Shown here in pieces: positions 32,421 through 42,454 of a stretch of 64,000 nt of DNA. The notes beneath the pieces are model-generated. The model ran no database searches and was not told the origin of the DNA. It saw nothing but the letters and a program-made list of their open reading frames with translations. How positions within the stretch are numbered: position 1 is the stretch's first letter; every line of letters starts with the position of its first letter. Source of the stretch: an uncultured Clostridia bacterium. Lineage in GTDB: Bacteria; Bacillota; Clostridia; Oscillospirales; Acutalibacteraceae. A program made the translations under genes and the position numbers. The stretch spans positions 1,109 to 65,108 of the forward strand of contig CANQSG010000001.1 of NCBI GenBank assembly GCA_947626485.1, read 5' to 3'.

Positions 32421-35252
32421 TTATCGGATTCCGAATTCTTCGCGCTTTTTGGAAAGCTCCTGATTGATCTTGTAGGTGTAATCATAAAGCGCATCCGTCG
32501 GATCGACGCCCTTATACACGACCGCCCGGAAGGCGTTTGTAATATTGCGGCTTAAGAAGTAGCTGCCGGGCACGTTTTCCACCGCGGTGAGATCCTCCGC
32601 CTGCTTTTGGAAAACCGCTTTGCACGCCTTGGACCAGGAGCTGTATTGAAAGGCTTCGGTATTCGCCGAGCTGTAACGACCCGAGGGGCCCAAAAGGCCT
32701 TCGATCTCCATGGCGAATTGCCTTTGAACCTCCGCCGAGGTCCACCATTTCAGGAACTCCCAGGCGTCCTCTTTGCGATCGGACGACGCCATGATCATGG
32801 CGCCGGACGCGTTTGAAATCGCCGTGCGGTCGATACTGCCGTCCGCGCGCCGGGTGCCGGGGATTTGCGCGATATTCCACAAGCCCTCGATTTCGGGCGC
32901 CGCGACGGCGATTTCGTTGTAGAAGGAAAGCCCCGAAATCCCGATGGGCATTTCGCCCGTCCGAAATCTATTCAGGAAATTGTAGGTGAGCGGGAAGCCG
33001 TAGTTGGTATATAAGTTTGTGAAATAGCGGAAGGTCTCAATGGAATCCACGCCGTCGAGCAGGCAATATTCCCCGTCGTTGGCGTAAATTTCCAGACCCT
33101 TTTGCTTGTACATCGACATATACATGCCGACCAGCGTCAAAACGCCCGTGTTCGAAGTCACCATATTGCCGGCGTCCGTGGGAATTCCGAACTCCATGTT
33201 GTTTTTACTGAGCGCGGAGGACAGCGCGATCACGTCGTCCCAGGTTTCCGGCACCTTTACGCCGAGCTCTTCAAACACATCCGTGCGGTAGTACAGCACG
33301 GGGAAGGAGATCGTTTCCGGAAGGGCGTAAACCTTCCCGAGATAGGTAAATGGTATGCTGAGCGAAGCGTCGAAGCGATTCTTGATTTCGGCGTAATCGG
33401 GAAAATCCGAAAGCGGAACGGCGGCGTTTCGCATCGCGAAGTTGAAAACGTCCGGCGTGCTGTTGATCACAACGTCCGGGCCGACGCCCGCGACCTCCGC
33501 GCTGATAAGCGACGCCTGCACCAGCTGCACGTCCGCAAGGATCCCCTGCTTGGCGGTGAAGGAATTCGCGATCATATTGCGGACGATTTGCGCCTGCTCT
33601 CTGCCGCCGCCGATCCAGATCGTTATGGGCGCGGCATCGGCGTCGTCGTTCCCCAAATCGCCCATGCCCCGATAATCGGCAGAGAGCGAAAACAGCAGCT
33701 TTTTGGCCTCGAACAAAAGGTTGGAGAAAAAATTCTCCTTGGCGGCGGGCATTTCGTTTATCGTCCCGCCCACGCCGATGGCGTCGATGCGGAGCGGCTG
33801 CTGCTTCATGGTGCTGCATTGCGAGCTCAACGACCCGATGTTGGTTTTAAAATAAGAGAACTCGGACGGAATACAGTCGGGGTCCTCGTGCATTTTAAGC
33901 AGCTGCCTTACCAACGTGCGGATAAACGCCGCCGCGGCGTTGCCCTTTCCGCTGTAGCTTTCCAGCCAATCGGCGCAGACGTTGAGGGTGTCGGCCTGCA
34001 CTTTGAGATCGGCGATCTCATCCGGGCACAAATAGCCGAGACGATAATCGCGCAGCAGATCGGGCTCGGCGCCCATGATAATCAAAAACCTGCGGAAGAT
34101 ATCGTTGAGCGAGTTCGACGTATTTTCAAGCAGTCGGATCACCGTATCCATGTCGCCGAGCGTCGCGACCATTCGGATCTCGTTTTCGCCTTTTTTGAGA
34201 TGGAACAGGAAATCCTCTTCGCCGCTGCCGAGGGTGACCGTCTGCCAGTCGGCGTCGTACCCCACGGTGATATTCTGCGCTTCCCGGAAGGGAATTTCCC
34301 CGTTTATATACAGAGAGCGGGAAGAAACCGCGCCGATCGACGTGTTTTGTTTTGCGCGGAGATGGATTTTATAAAGCCCGTCGGCGGGGGCGTTTACCGT
34401 CCATGCGATGTAATCGCCCGCGCGGCTCCATTGCGAGCCGCCGATGCTGTTCAATTTCACGACGCCGGCGGAGAGCGGCTCGGTTATTGCGGAGCTTCTG
34501 TCCGATATGGGGTAAATCATGGTGGAGGATTTATATGCCGTATTTTCGGCTTGATAAATTTCCAACGCGCCCTTTACTTCGGTATATCCTTTTTGACCGT
34601 ATTCTTCTTTGACCTTCTGATAAGGCTTGATCTGATTGACCGGCTTTAGAATTACCGAATCGATTTCGGCCGTGCCGCTTATGATCTCCAGTTCGAGCAC
34701 GTCGTTCTTTCCGGTAAGATAAACGCCGAGGGGCTGCGCGTACGTCAAAGCCGTATCGTAAAGATAATTTTCGGTCATGCGCTCCGCCGGAACCTGTTCG
34801 GGGCGCAGATCGTTCCCGTATTTGTCCTGAATCAGGGGGGAAGTATCGCAATATTCATCGGGGAGCTTTACCGAATCGAGCTCGCTGTACGGCGCCTCCC
34901 CGTTCAGCTTGAACGCGACGGTCGTCCCGTCCTCGTCGTTGACGGGATGGGGCAAATACCGAACGACGACGTCGTAAAATCCGCTTTCGGCCGCCGGCAG
35001 TTCCCATTCAAACAGACCCTTTTCGTCTTTTGCCTGCTTGACGGAAAGCGTGATATTTTCCGTCGCGTCGGATTCTTCCCGGCTGTACCTGCGCAAATAC
35101 GCGCTGTAGCTGTCGTCGCGTTCCGTTTCGGCTTCGCGCGCAGTCAGCATGGAGGAATCGACGGCGGCGGCGGGCTTTTCCGCTTTCCCGCAAGCCGCCG
35201 TAGATGCAGCTAAAATAAGTAAGGCTGTAACCAACGATACAAAGCGCTTCAT
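32421..35252 (-). CDS. 943-aa ABC solute-binding lipoprotein with a ~520-aa N-terminal extension (two CBM6/35-like beta-sandwiches + helical region)
   Basis: Lipobox LAASTAAC and GGAGGAAG RBS. Contains EIYQAENTAY, an (I/L)EAE-type CBM start also seen in the 53098 and 56672 proteins. The SBP body begins near PITIWIGGG. Confidence 0.8.
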   Translation of the reverse strand: MKRFVSLVTALLILAASTAACGKAEKPAAAVDSSMLTAREAETERDDSYSAYLRRYSREESDATENITLSVKQAKDEKGLFEWELPAAESGFYDVVVRYLPHPVNDEDGTTVAFKLNGEAPYSELDSVKLPDEYCDTSPLIQDKYGNDLRPEQVPAERMTENYLYDTALTYAQPLGVYLTGKNDVLELEIISGTAEIDSVILKPVNQIKPYQKVKEEYGQKGYTEVKGALEIYQAENTAYKSSTMIYPISDRSSAITEPLSAGVVKLNSIGGSQWSRAGDYIAWTVNAPADGLYKIHLRAKQNTSIGAVSSRSLYINGEIPFREAQNITVGYDADWQTVTLGSGEEDFLFHLKKGENEIRMVATLGDMDTVIRLLENTSNSLNDIFRRFLIIMGAEPDLLRDYRLGYLCPDEIADLKVQADTLNVCADWLESYSGKGNAAAAFIRTLVRQLLKMHEDPDCIPSEFSYFKTNIGSLSSQCSTMKQQPLRIDAIGVGGTINEMPAAKENFFSNLLFEAKKLLFSLSADYRGMGDLGNDDADAAPITIWIGGGREQAQIVRNMIANSFTAKQGILADVQLVQASLISAEVAGVGPDVVINSTPDVFNFAMRNAAVPLSDFPDYAEIKNRFDASLSIPFTYLGKVYALPETISFPVLYYRTDVFEELGVKVPETWDDVIALSSALSKNNMEFGIPTDAGNMVTSNTGVLTLVGMYMSMYKQKGLEIYANDGEYCLLDGVDSIETFRYFTNLYTNYGFPLTYNFLNRFRTGEMPIGISGLSFYNEIAVAAPEIEGLWNIAQIPGTRRADGSIDRTAISNASGAMIMASSDRKEDAWEFLKWWTSAEVQRQFAMEIEGLLGPSGRYSSANTEAFQYSSWSKACKAVFQKQAEDLTAVENVPGSYFLSRNITNAFRAVVYKGVDPTDALYDYTYKINQELSKKREEFGIR

Positions 35253-35519
35253 CCGAACTTCCTCCGTGAACGGGACGGCAACGAGCTCCGCCCTGTCGAC
35301 CCAATCCTTTCTACTATAAAAAACTACGATTTTTTAAAATTTCGGCAACAGGGCTCACCCCGCCTTGCCCCCGAAACCGCAAACGCACTTGCGCGCACGC
35401 AAGCCGGTCAAATCCAGTCGAAAACGCGCGCACCGCACCGCCGTTTCCGAAAGAATTGACATTAAATATCAATCAGCGGTCGTTGCAATTATACACTTTT
35501 TTTCGTATCTCCGGGTATC

Positions 35520-35548
35520 ATTATATCATCCGCACGATATTCTGGCAA
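35520..35548 (-). promoter_or_regulatory. Near-consensus sigma-A promoter TTGCCA-17 nt-TATAAT for the 35252-> gene string
   Basis: Hexamers read on the minus strand: -35 at 35548-35543, -10 at 35525-35520. This leaves a leader of about 260 nt before the ATG at 35252. Confidence 0.65.
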
Positions 35549-35651
35549 TTCACATTGCTATGATAAATATGGACATTTATACGAATTTGCGTAGTCTACC
35601 CACATCATACTAAAAAGTGCCGCAAGACCGCTCGCGACCCGTCCGACAGAA

Positions 35652-35688
35652 CGAAAAAGCCCCCTGAAAGAGCATTTCTCTCAGGGGG
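35652..35688 (-). terminator. Rho-independent terminator of the orphan gene
   Basis: CCCCCTGAGAG...CTCTTTCAGGGGG stem followed by CTTTTTCG on the minus strand. Confidence 0.7.
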
Positions 35689-35771
35689 CAATATAAAATC
35701 CGCGATTTTTTGTCTCTGTGTTTTTTGATGTAAAGTGGTAAATCGAGGCTCTCCGAATTTGCGATTTGCCG

Positions 35772-36359
35772 TTACCCGTTGTCGCGCAGCTTCAGAGTTA
35801 TGATGTAGTCACACTTATCGAACCTATATGACGAAGGCATACCGTAGACGTCCTCTGCGTAGCTTGTGCCCTGAAGCTTGACTGCTGCGTCATTTTCAAA
35901 CAATAAGACTTGGTTGTTAAAGGAGGAATCGAACTTGCTTGCGTCTATGAACAGGCCGAATAACTTGCCGTCGCGAACGATTGCATCGCCAATATCGATG
36001 TCCTCTGTATGTGTACTCTTTGACGTTATCTCTTCAATTCCCATGTCATCGTTTACCTCGATCGACATTTCCAGTACTTTGTAATAGTAACTCGAGAGTT
36101 GCTTTTTGAAGCCTTCGACCTCAGAAGAACTGTATACTTCCTTTTTTACAGAGTATTTTACTGTTTTCGAACCCTTAGAGGGAGAATAAACAGGATATAT
36201 CACTTCATCCGGACCTTCAGGTTTAGGGTCATCTTCCGGATGCCAATCATCATGAATGACAGTTACGGCATCGGGCTCGTTTTCGGCCTCCACCACGGTC
36301 CACAGCGCAGCAGAACCATCCTCCGAAATCAGTTGTTCGTTTCTTTTTTCTTCCTTCAT
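35772..36359 (-). CDS. Hypothetical acidic cytoplasmic protein (195 aa), AT-rich orphan
   Basis: Start MKEEKRNEQ at 36359, 6 nt after GAAGGAGAG. No signal peptide, TM segment or recognisable motif. Its composition is clearly more AT-rich than the neighbouring genes. Confidence 0.6.
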   Translation of the reverse strand: MKEEKRNEQLISEDGSAALWTVVEAENEPDAVTVIHDDWHPEDDPKPEGPDEVIYPVYSPSKGSKTVKYSVKKEVYSSSEVEGFKKQLSSYYYKVLEMSIEVNDDMGIEEITSKSTHTEDIDIGDAIVRDGKLFGLFIDASKFDSSFNNQVLLFENDAAVKLQGTSYAEDVYGMPSSYRFDKCDYIITLKLRDNG

Positions 36360-36623
36360 TTGAATCTCTCCTTCTGTATTTTCATTTTCGCCTTTACAAG
36401 GCATTGCTCATTCGTTTTCGGCGACCCTTTCTATATCTCTGTAACATTTTACAGCTTTATAATATGACGCCGGATATTCAAACCGATTTGCGGCAATACC
36501 GCGAAATCTGCTGCGTATCGTTACCCATTTATTTACTCAAATAGTATAACATAAAACCGTGTGAATTTCTACCCGCAAATTAAAAAAATTGTGAAATCGC
36601 TTTCGGAAGCCTACGCTTTTTTA

Positions 36624-36652
36624 TTGACAATCGCGCCGTCTGATACTATAAT
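36624..36652 (+). promoter_or_regulatory. Perfect consensus sigma-A promoter TTGACA-17 nt-TATAAT upstream of the GH28-like gene
   Basis: Read directly: -35 at 36624-36629, -10 at 36647-36652. Confidence 0.7.
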
Positions 36653-36729
36653 TGAGCTGTTCTTCAAAACAGATCAGGGGCGGCGCCGGTTCCTCGGCGG
36701 CTGCCGGAATAAAGGTTGCGGTGAGAAAC

Positions 36730-38100
36730 ATGAGCAATTCAGAGCTATCCGTTTTGGACTTCGGCGCGGTCGCGTCGGATACCGAGCTGCAAACGAAAGG
36801 CATCCAGCAGGCAATCGACGCCTGTTTCCGTCGCGGCGGCGGAAGGGTGATCGTACCGAAAGGGCGCTATCTGATCGGCGGGCTGCGGCTGCGTTCCCGC
36901 GTGACGCTGTATCTGCAAAGCGGCGCGGTGCTGATCGGCAGCCGCAACCCCGAGGACTACAACATTCTCCGCAACGATGTTTTGGAGCCGCTGCCACAGG
37001 AGGATTTTACCGACACCCTGTGGTGCGATGCATCGCATGACATCAAGGAGCGCGATTTTATCTACGTCCTCGGCAGTCGGTGGAACAATGCCATGATCCG
37101 GGCGGCGCACGCCGAGGATATCGCGATCATCGGCGAGGAAGGCGCGGTGATCGACGGCGCAGACTGCTACGATGCCGTCGGAGAAGAACATTACCGCGGC
37201 CCGCACGCCATCGCCTTTCACGATTGCAGAAATGTAATTTTACGGGGTTATACCGTCAGGCGAAGCGCAAACTGGGCGCACAATACGGTAAAATGCGTCA
37301 ATCTGCTCTGCGAGGATGTGACGGTCGAAGCGGGGCACGACGGTTTTCATGCGACCTGCTGCCGCAATCTCGATATTCGCAACAGCAGATTTTACACCGG
37401 TGACGACTGTGTAGCCGGCATCGGGAACGTCAACGTCACCGTCGCCGACTGCGAATTGAATTCCGCTTGCAGCGCGATGCGGTTCGGCGGAACCAACGCG
37501 CTGATCAAACGCTGCCGTATGTACGGACCGGGCAGATACCTCTTCCGCGGCTCTCTGACGCTGGAAGAGAAGATCAGCGGCGTTGAAAGCGCGGGCGAAG
37601 TCGACGGACACCGCAGGAATATGCTGAGCGCCTTTACCTATTACGCCGATTTTTCCTTCCCGATCGAGGAACGGCAGGGCAACATTATCATCGAGGACTG
37701 CGTGATCGAACACGCCGACCGTTTCCTGCACTTCAACTATTCCGGAAACGAGCCGTGGCAATGCGGCCGGCCGCTTGAGAATATCACCTTCCAAAATATT
37801 CGGGCGTCCCATCTGAAACGACCCATCACCGCTTACGGCGACGCCGAGCATCCTGTAGAGCTGACCCTTTCCGGCCTGACCGTAACCGATTCGCCCGATT
37901 TTGAGGATAATGCGCTGATCTGGGCCTGCAATTACAGGCAAATCAACGTCGAAAACCTTTCGCTGTCCGGTATCGGCTACGACGCGCTTGCGAAGGTGTG
38001 GTCGGAGGGCGAGCTTCGCTTCCGCGACATTCATTCCGATATCCCGCCGGAACGTTATATCGTCCGGGCGCAGGAAAAGTTCTTTGCCAACGCGATTTAA
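36730..38100 (+). CDS. GH28-like right-handed beta-helix glycoside hydrolase
   Basis: Start MSNSELSVLDFGAV at 36730. Contains LDFGA......Q..AIQ.AID and the GDDCVA motif. The other GH28 boxes are divergent (HDGFH in place of NTDG). Confidence 0.75.
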   Translation: MSNSELSVLDFGAVASDTELQTKGIQQAIDACFRRGGGRVIVPKGRYLIGGLRLRSRVTLYLQSGAVLIGSRNPEDYNILRNDVLEPLPQEDFTDTLWCDASHDIKERDFIYVLGSRWNNAMIRAAHAEDIAIIGEEGAVIDGADCYDAVGEEHYRGPHAIAFHDCRNVILRGYTVRRSANWAHNTVKCVNLLCEDVTVEAGHDGFHATCCRNLDIRNSRFYTGDDCVAGIGNVNVTVADCELNSACSAMRFGGTNALIKRCRMYGPGRYLFRGSLTLEEKISGVESAGEVDGHRRNMLSAFTYYADFSFPIEERQGNIIIEDCVIEHADRFLHFNYSGNEPWQCGRPLENITFQNIRASHLKRPITAYGDAEHPVELTLSGLTVTDSPDFEDNALIWACNYRQINVENLSLSGIGYDALAKVWSEGELRFRDIHSDIPPERYIVRAQEKFFANAI

Positions 38101-38204
38101 TAATTCCGGAAACAATAAAGCGGCACTTTCGGAGAGATACCGCCGTAAACCGATGTGTGTTCGACTTCCTTCCCGCTACACCTTCGGCGGGAATCTCCGC
38201 ATCA

Positions 38205-38236
38205 GGCAGCACCCAAACGGTGCTGTCTCTTTTTTT
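38205..38236 (+). terminator. Rho-independent terminator of the GH28-like gene
   Basis: CAGCACC-caaac-GGTGCTG followed by TCTCTTTTTTT. Confidence 0.7.
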
Positions 38237-38289
38237 GCCCCGCTGTCCGACCGCCCGAAAAGCCCTGTTTTACGGGATTTTTCACGCAA

Positions 38290-38337
38290 TGGGTTTCATT
38301 GTCGGGAGGCGCAGGAGACAAATTGCAAACCGTAGTA
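38290..38337. repeat. 48-nt non-coding repeat, copy B (partner at 4093-4140)
   Basis: 41 of 48 identical to copy A. It lies between two convergent terminators. Confidence 0.8.
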
Positions 38338-38351
38338 AAATCGTTTTCAGG

Positions 38352-38389
38352 GGCAGAAAAAGCGCCGGAAGGCGGGTTGGCTTCCGGCG
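38352..38389 (-). terminator. Rho-independent terminator of the 2-hydroxyacid dehydrogenase gene
   Basis: CGCCGGAAG-9 nt-CTTCCGGCG followed by CTTTTTCT on the minus strand. Confidence 0.7.
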
Positions 38390-38392
38390 GGG

Positions 38393-39394
38393 TCAGGCCA
38401 TGGTTTTGAGCATTTCTTGGGTTACTTCGCAGCGGGTGGGGCGGTTTTGGAGGTGGGCTTGAAATTCCGCCAGCATCGACTCGGACATGCGGCGGACTTC
38501 ATCGCCGGAGCTGCCTGCGATGTGGGGGGTCAGGAAGCAGTTGGCGAGGTCGAAAAGCTGGCTGTCGGGCGGGGGCGGCTCCGGGTCGGTCACATCGAGC
38601 ACGGCGGTGAGGTCGGGGCGCTCGCGCAGTGCGGCGCACAGATCGGCTTCCACGACCTGCGCGCCGCGCCCCGTGTTGAGGAAAACGGCGCCGCGCGGCA
38701 TGGAAGAAAAGAGCGGATAGGTCAGAAGTCCCCGGGTCTGCGCGTTGTCGGCGAGGTGATTGGAGACGACGTTGCAGCTGCAAAAGAGCCGTTCGAGCGA
38801 CGCTTTTTGCACGCCGAGCTCCTCCGCCGCGTCGTCCGGCAAAAACGGGTCAAACACGAGAACCGAAAAATCGTAAGCTTTCAGCAGCCGAATGACGCGT
38901 TTGCCGATCATGCCGGCGCCGATGATCCCGATTTTCGCGCCGTAATTGCCGCGGCAGAGCGACGCCTGCCGTTTGGCCTGCGCGTAATTGCCGCCGCCGG
39001 CGAGGCGCGCCGCCTGAAAAAAGCCTTTGCCGGCAAGCACGATCTGCGCGGTCGTATACTCCGCGACCGGCACGGCGTTTGCCGCCCATGCGCTGAAAAC
39101 CTTCACGCCGCAGCGCAAAAAGGGCGCGGCGAACTGCCGCACCGTGCCCGCCGCGTAAAACACGCATTTCAAATTGGGAAGATACGTTTGAATTTCCGTT
39201 TCCGAAAGCGCCGGCATGCCCCAGGTCGAGAAGAGATACGCGGCGTCCGAAAACGCCGCCGGGTCGTTTGCCAGATCGCGCCGCCGGTAAACCGTCGCAT
39301 CAAGCCGGGTCAGCGCCGCGATCGCGTCGATCACATCATCGGCGTAAACCCGGCGAAACGTCGCTTCGTCTTCGCACAAAAATACGGCTTTCAT
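38393..39394 (-). CDS. D-isomer-specific 2-hydroxyacid dehydrogenase family protein
   Basis: True start is MKAVFLCEDE at 39394 (ATGA overlap with the upstream stop). Contains IGIIGAGMIGKRV (NAD fold) and TPHIAGS (catalytic His). Confidence 0.85.
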   Translation of the reverse strand: MKAVFLCEDEATFRRVYADDVIDAIAALTRLDATVYRRRDLANDPAAFSDAAYLFSTWGMPALSETEIQTYLPNLKCVFYAAGTVRQFAAPFLRCGVKVFSAWAANAVPVAEYTTAQIVLAGKGFFQAARLAGGGNYAQAKRQASLCRGNYGAKIGIIGAGMIGKRVIRLLKAYDFSVLVFDPFLPDDAAEELGVQKASLERLFCSCNVVSNHLADNAQTRGLLTYPLFSSMPRGAVFLNTGRGAQVVEADLCAALRERPDLTAVLDVTDPEPPPPDSQLFDLANCFLTPHIAGSSGDEVRRMSESMLAEFQAHLQNRPTRCEVTQEMLKTMA

Positions 39395-40152
39395 AGACTG
39401 TCCTCCGCGATTCGGCGCAGCGCCTCTGCTTCCGTCGGCAGGGATTCGATTTTGTCGTCCGGCATGAATTCGAGGAGCAGCGTCCGTTCCCCGGAAAAGC
39501 ACCCGAGGTATTCCCTCCAAGCCGACGCCGCGGCCGCCAACGGGCGGTGCGTCTTCCCTTCCCAGTTGAACACGTGGATATGCGCGGTGTAGGGGGCGAG
39601 GAGCGCCGCGTACGCCTTGTTTTCCGCGACGGTGCGAAACGGGTCCGGCTGCCAGTACATGCCGAACCGGTCGGATTGCAGGGCTTCCATCAATTCGAGC
39701 GCCGCTTCCTTCGTATGCGTCCAGCTGCCGCCGTGACATTCGAGGCAGAGCCGGACGCCCCGCGCCCGCGCCGTTTTTTCCGCCGCCCGGCAGGCGGAAA
39801 ACAGCGCTTCTTTTTCGCCCGCCGTGTATGCCTCGGGGTTTTTCTCGCCGCACCAGAGCCGCAGGACGTCCGTGCCGAGCAGCTTTGCCGCGTCGATATA
39901 CCCGTCGAGCTCGGCGAGCGGCGAGGAGCCGAGGCGGAAATAGGTGCCGTAAGAAGAGCAACGGACGCCACACGCCTCTTGCAGGCGCGCAAGCCGCGCG
40001 AGGCCTTCGCGATCTGCACAGGGCGCGTGAACGTCGCTGCCCCATTCGATGCAGGAAAGTCCCGCCGCCCGCACCGCCCGCAGGATTTCCTCCGGCGTGT
40101 TTTTTCGAAACGAAACGGACGCAAGTCCGAACCGATACCGTTTCATGCGCAT
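39391..40152 (-). CDS. Sugar phosphate isomerase/epimerase (xylose-isomerase-like TIM barrel) 1
   Basis: 253 aa with CIEWGS, LCLECH and HVFNWEG metal-ligand-type motifs. Confidence 0.75.
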   Translation of the reverse strand: MRMKRYRFGLASVSFRKNTPEEILRAVRAAGLSCIEWGSDVHAPCADREGLARLARLQEACGVRCSSYGTYFRLGSSPLAELDGYIDAAKLLGTDVLRLWCGEKNPEAYTAGEKEALFSACRAAEKTARARGVRLCLECHGGSWTHTKEAALELMEALQSDRFGMYWQPDPFRTVAENKAYAALLAPYTAHIHVFNWEGKTHRPLAAAASAWREYLGCFSGERTLLLEFMPDDKIESLPTEAEALRRIAEDSL

Positions 40153-40165
40153 CGCACTGCGTTTG

Positions 40166-41011
40166 TCAGACGGATACCGTCTCGCCGGCGGGCAATTTTA
40201 CGAGCTTCTCCCCGGCGAGTGCCCAGACCGTCGTGTCGGTCGGGTTATAGCAGCGGGTGCGGTCGACGGTGAAGACGAGGCGCTTGAAAGCCTCGGTATA
40301 GCGGTAGACCTCGATGTTGGTCGCGTACCAGACGTCGTTTTTGCCGGAAACCGTGTCCAGAAACGCGTCCATCACCTGCCAGTTATCGTCGCGCTCGAAT
40401 TCGTAGGAATGTCCCCAGAGGTAGAAGAGCCACGGGTCGGCCTTGGGCGTGTCGTTCGCAAACTGCGCCGCGAGCTGCATCAGGCGCGGGTCGTTGTGGT
40501 GGCAGGTCGCCTCGAGCCGCAGCCAGTCGTCGGGCTGGCGGAAGGAGCCGTGCGCCCGGGTCGTCCGGCTGTACACGATCCCGGCGAGGCGCAGCGTCTC
40601 GACGACGGCATCGTTGAAGGTGCCGAAGGGGTACGCCATGCCCTGCACCGGCAGTCCGAAGAGCGTTTCGAGATTCCGGCGATCCTCTAAAACCTCGTGC
40701 AGCACCGTATCGCGCGTCTGGTATTCGAGATGCGGGTGGGTCAGCGCGTGGACGGCGATTTCCATGCCGCTGTCCGCGTAGAGGGCGAGCACGTCTGCCT
40801 GCGGCATCCGGCGGTGAATCTGCCCCGCGGGATAAACCGTGCCGGCGGGCGCAAAAAGGCCGGAATTGAGGTTAAAGGTGCCCTTCACCCCGTGCGCGCG
40901 CATCTTTTCGATCAGCGGCGCGTCCTGCTCGACGCCGTCGTCGTAACTCAGCGTCAGTGCCTTGGGCTTGCCGTCGGGGTAGCGCATAAAAATCCGCAGT
41001 TCTTCGCTCAT
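40166..41011 (-). CDS. CE4 polysaccharide deacetylase (cytoplasmic), paralog 2
   Basis: True start is MSEELRIFMRYPDGKPKALTLSYDDG at 41011 (AAAGGAG RBS). Contains HALTHP and GMAYPFG. Confidence 0.85.
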   Translation of the reverse strand: MSEELRIFMRYPDGKPKALTLSYDDGVEQDAPLIEKMRAHGVKGTFNLNSGLFAPAGTVYPAGQIHRRMPQADVLALYADSGMEIAVHALTHPHLEYQTRDTVLHEVLEDRRNLETLFGLPVQGMAYPFGTFNDAVVETLRLAGIVYSRTTRAHGSFRQPDDWLRLEATCHHNDPRLMQLAAQFANDTPKADPWLFYLWGHSYEFERDDNWQVMDAFLDTVSGKNDVWYATNIEVYRYTEAFKRLVFTVDRTRCYNPTDTTVWALAGEKLVKLPAGETVSV

Positions 41012-41073
41012 CAAAATCGCTCCTTTGGAGAAAGATTTATTATTATGATAGCAGGAAATCCGCCGCGCGTCAA

Positions 41074-42441
<1,368 letters not shown>

Positions 42442-42454
42442 ACGCGCCCCCGGT

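Noticed and set aside
38230-38361. Miniature inverted-repeat transposable element bounded by TTTTTTTGCCCC / GGGGCAGAAAAA
   Set aside because: The inverted ends coincide with the T/A tracts of two convergent terminators, and only 6 bp beyond them match. Copy A lacks equivalent ends.
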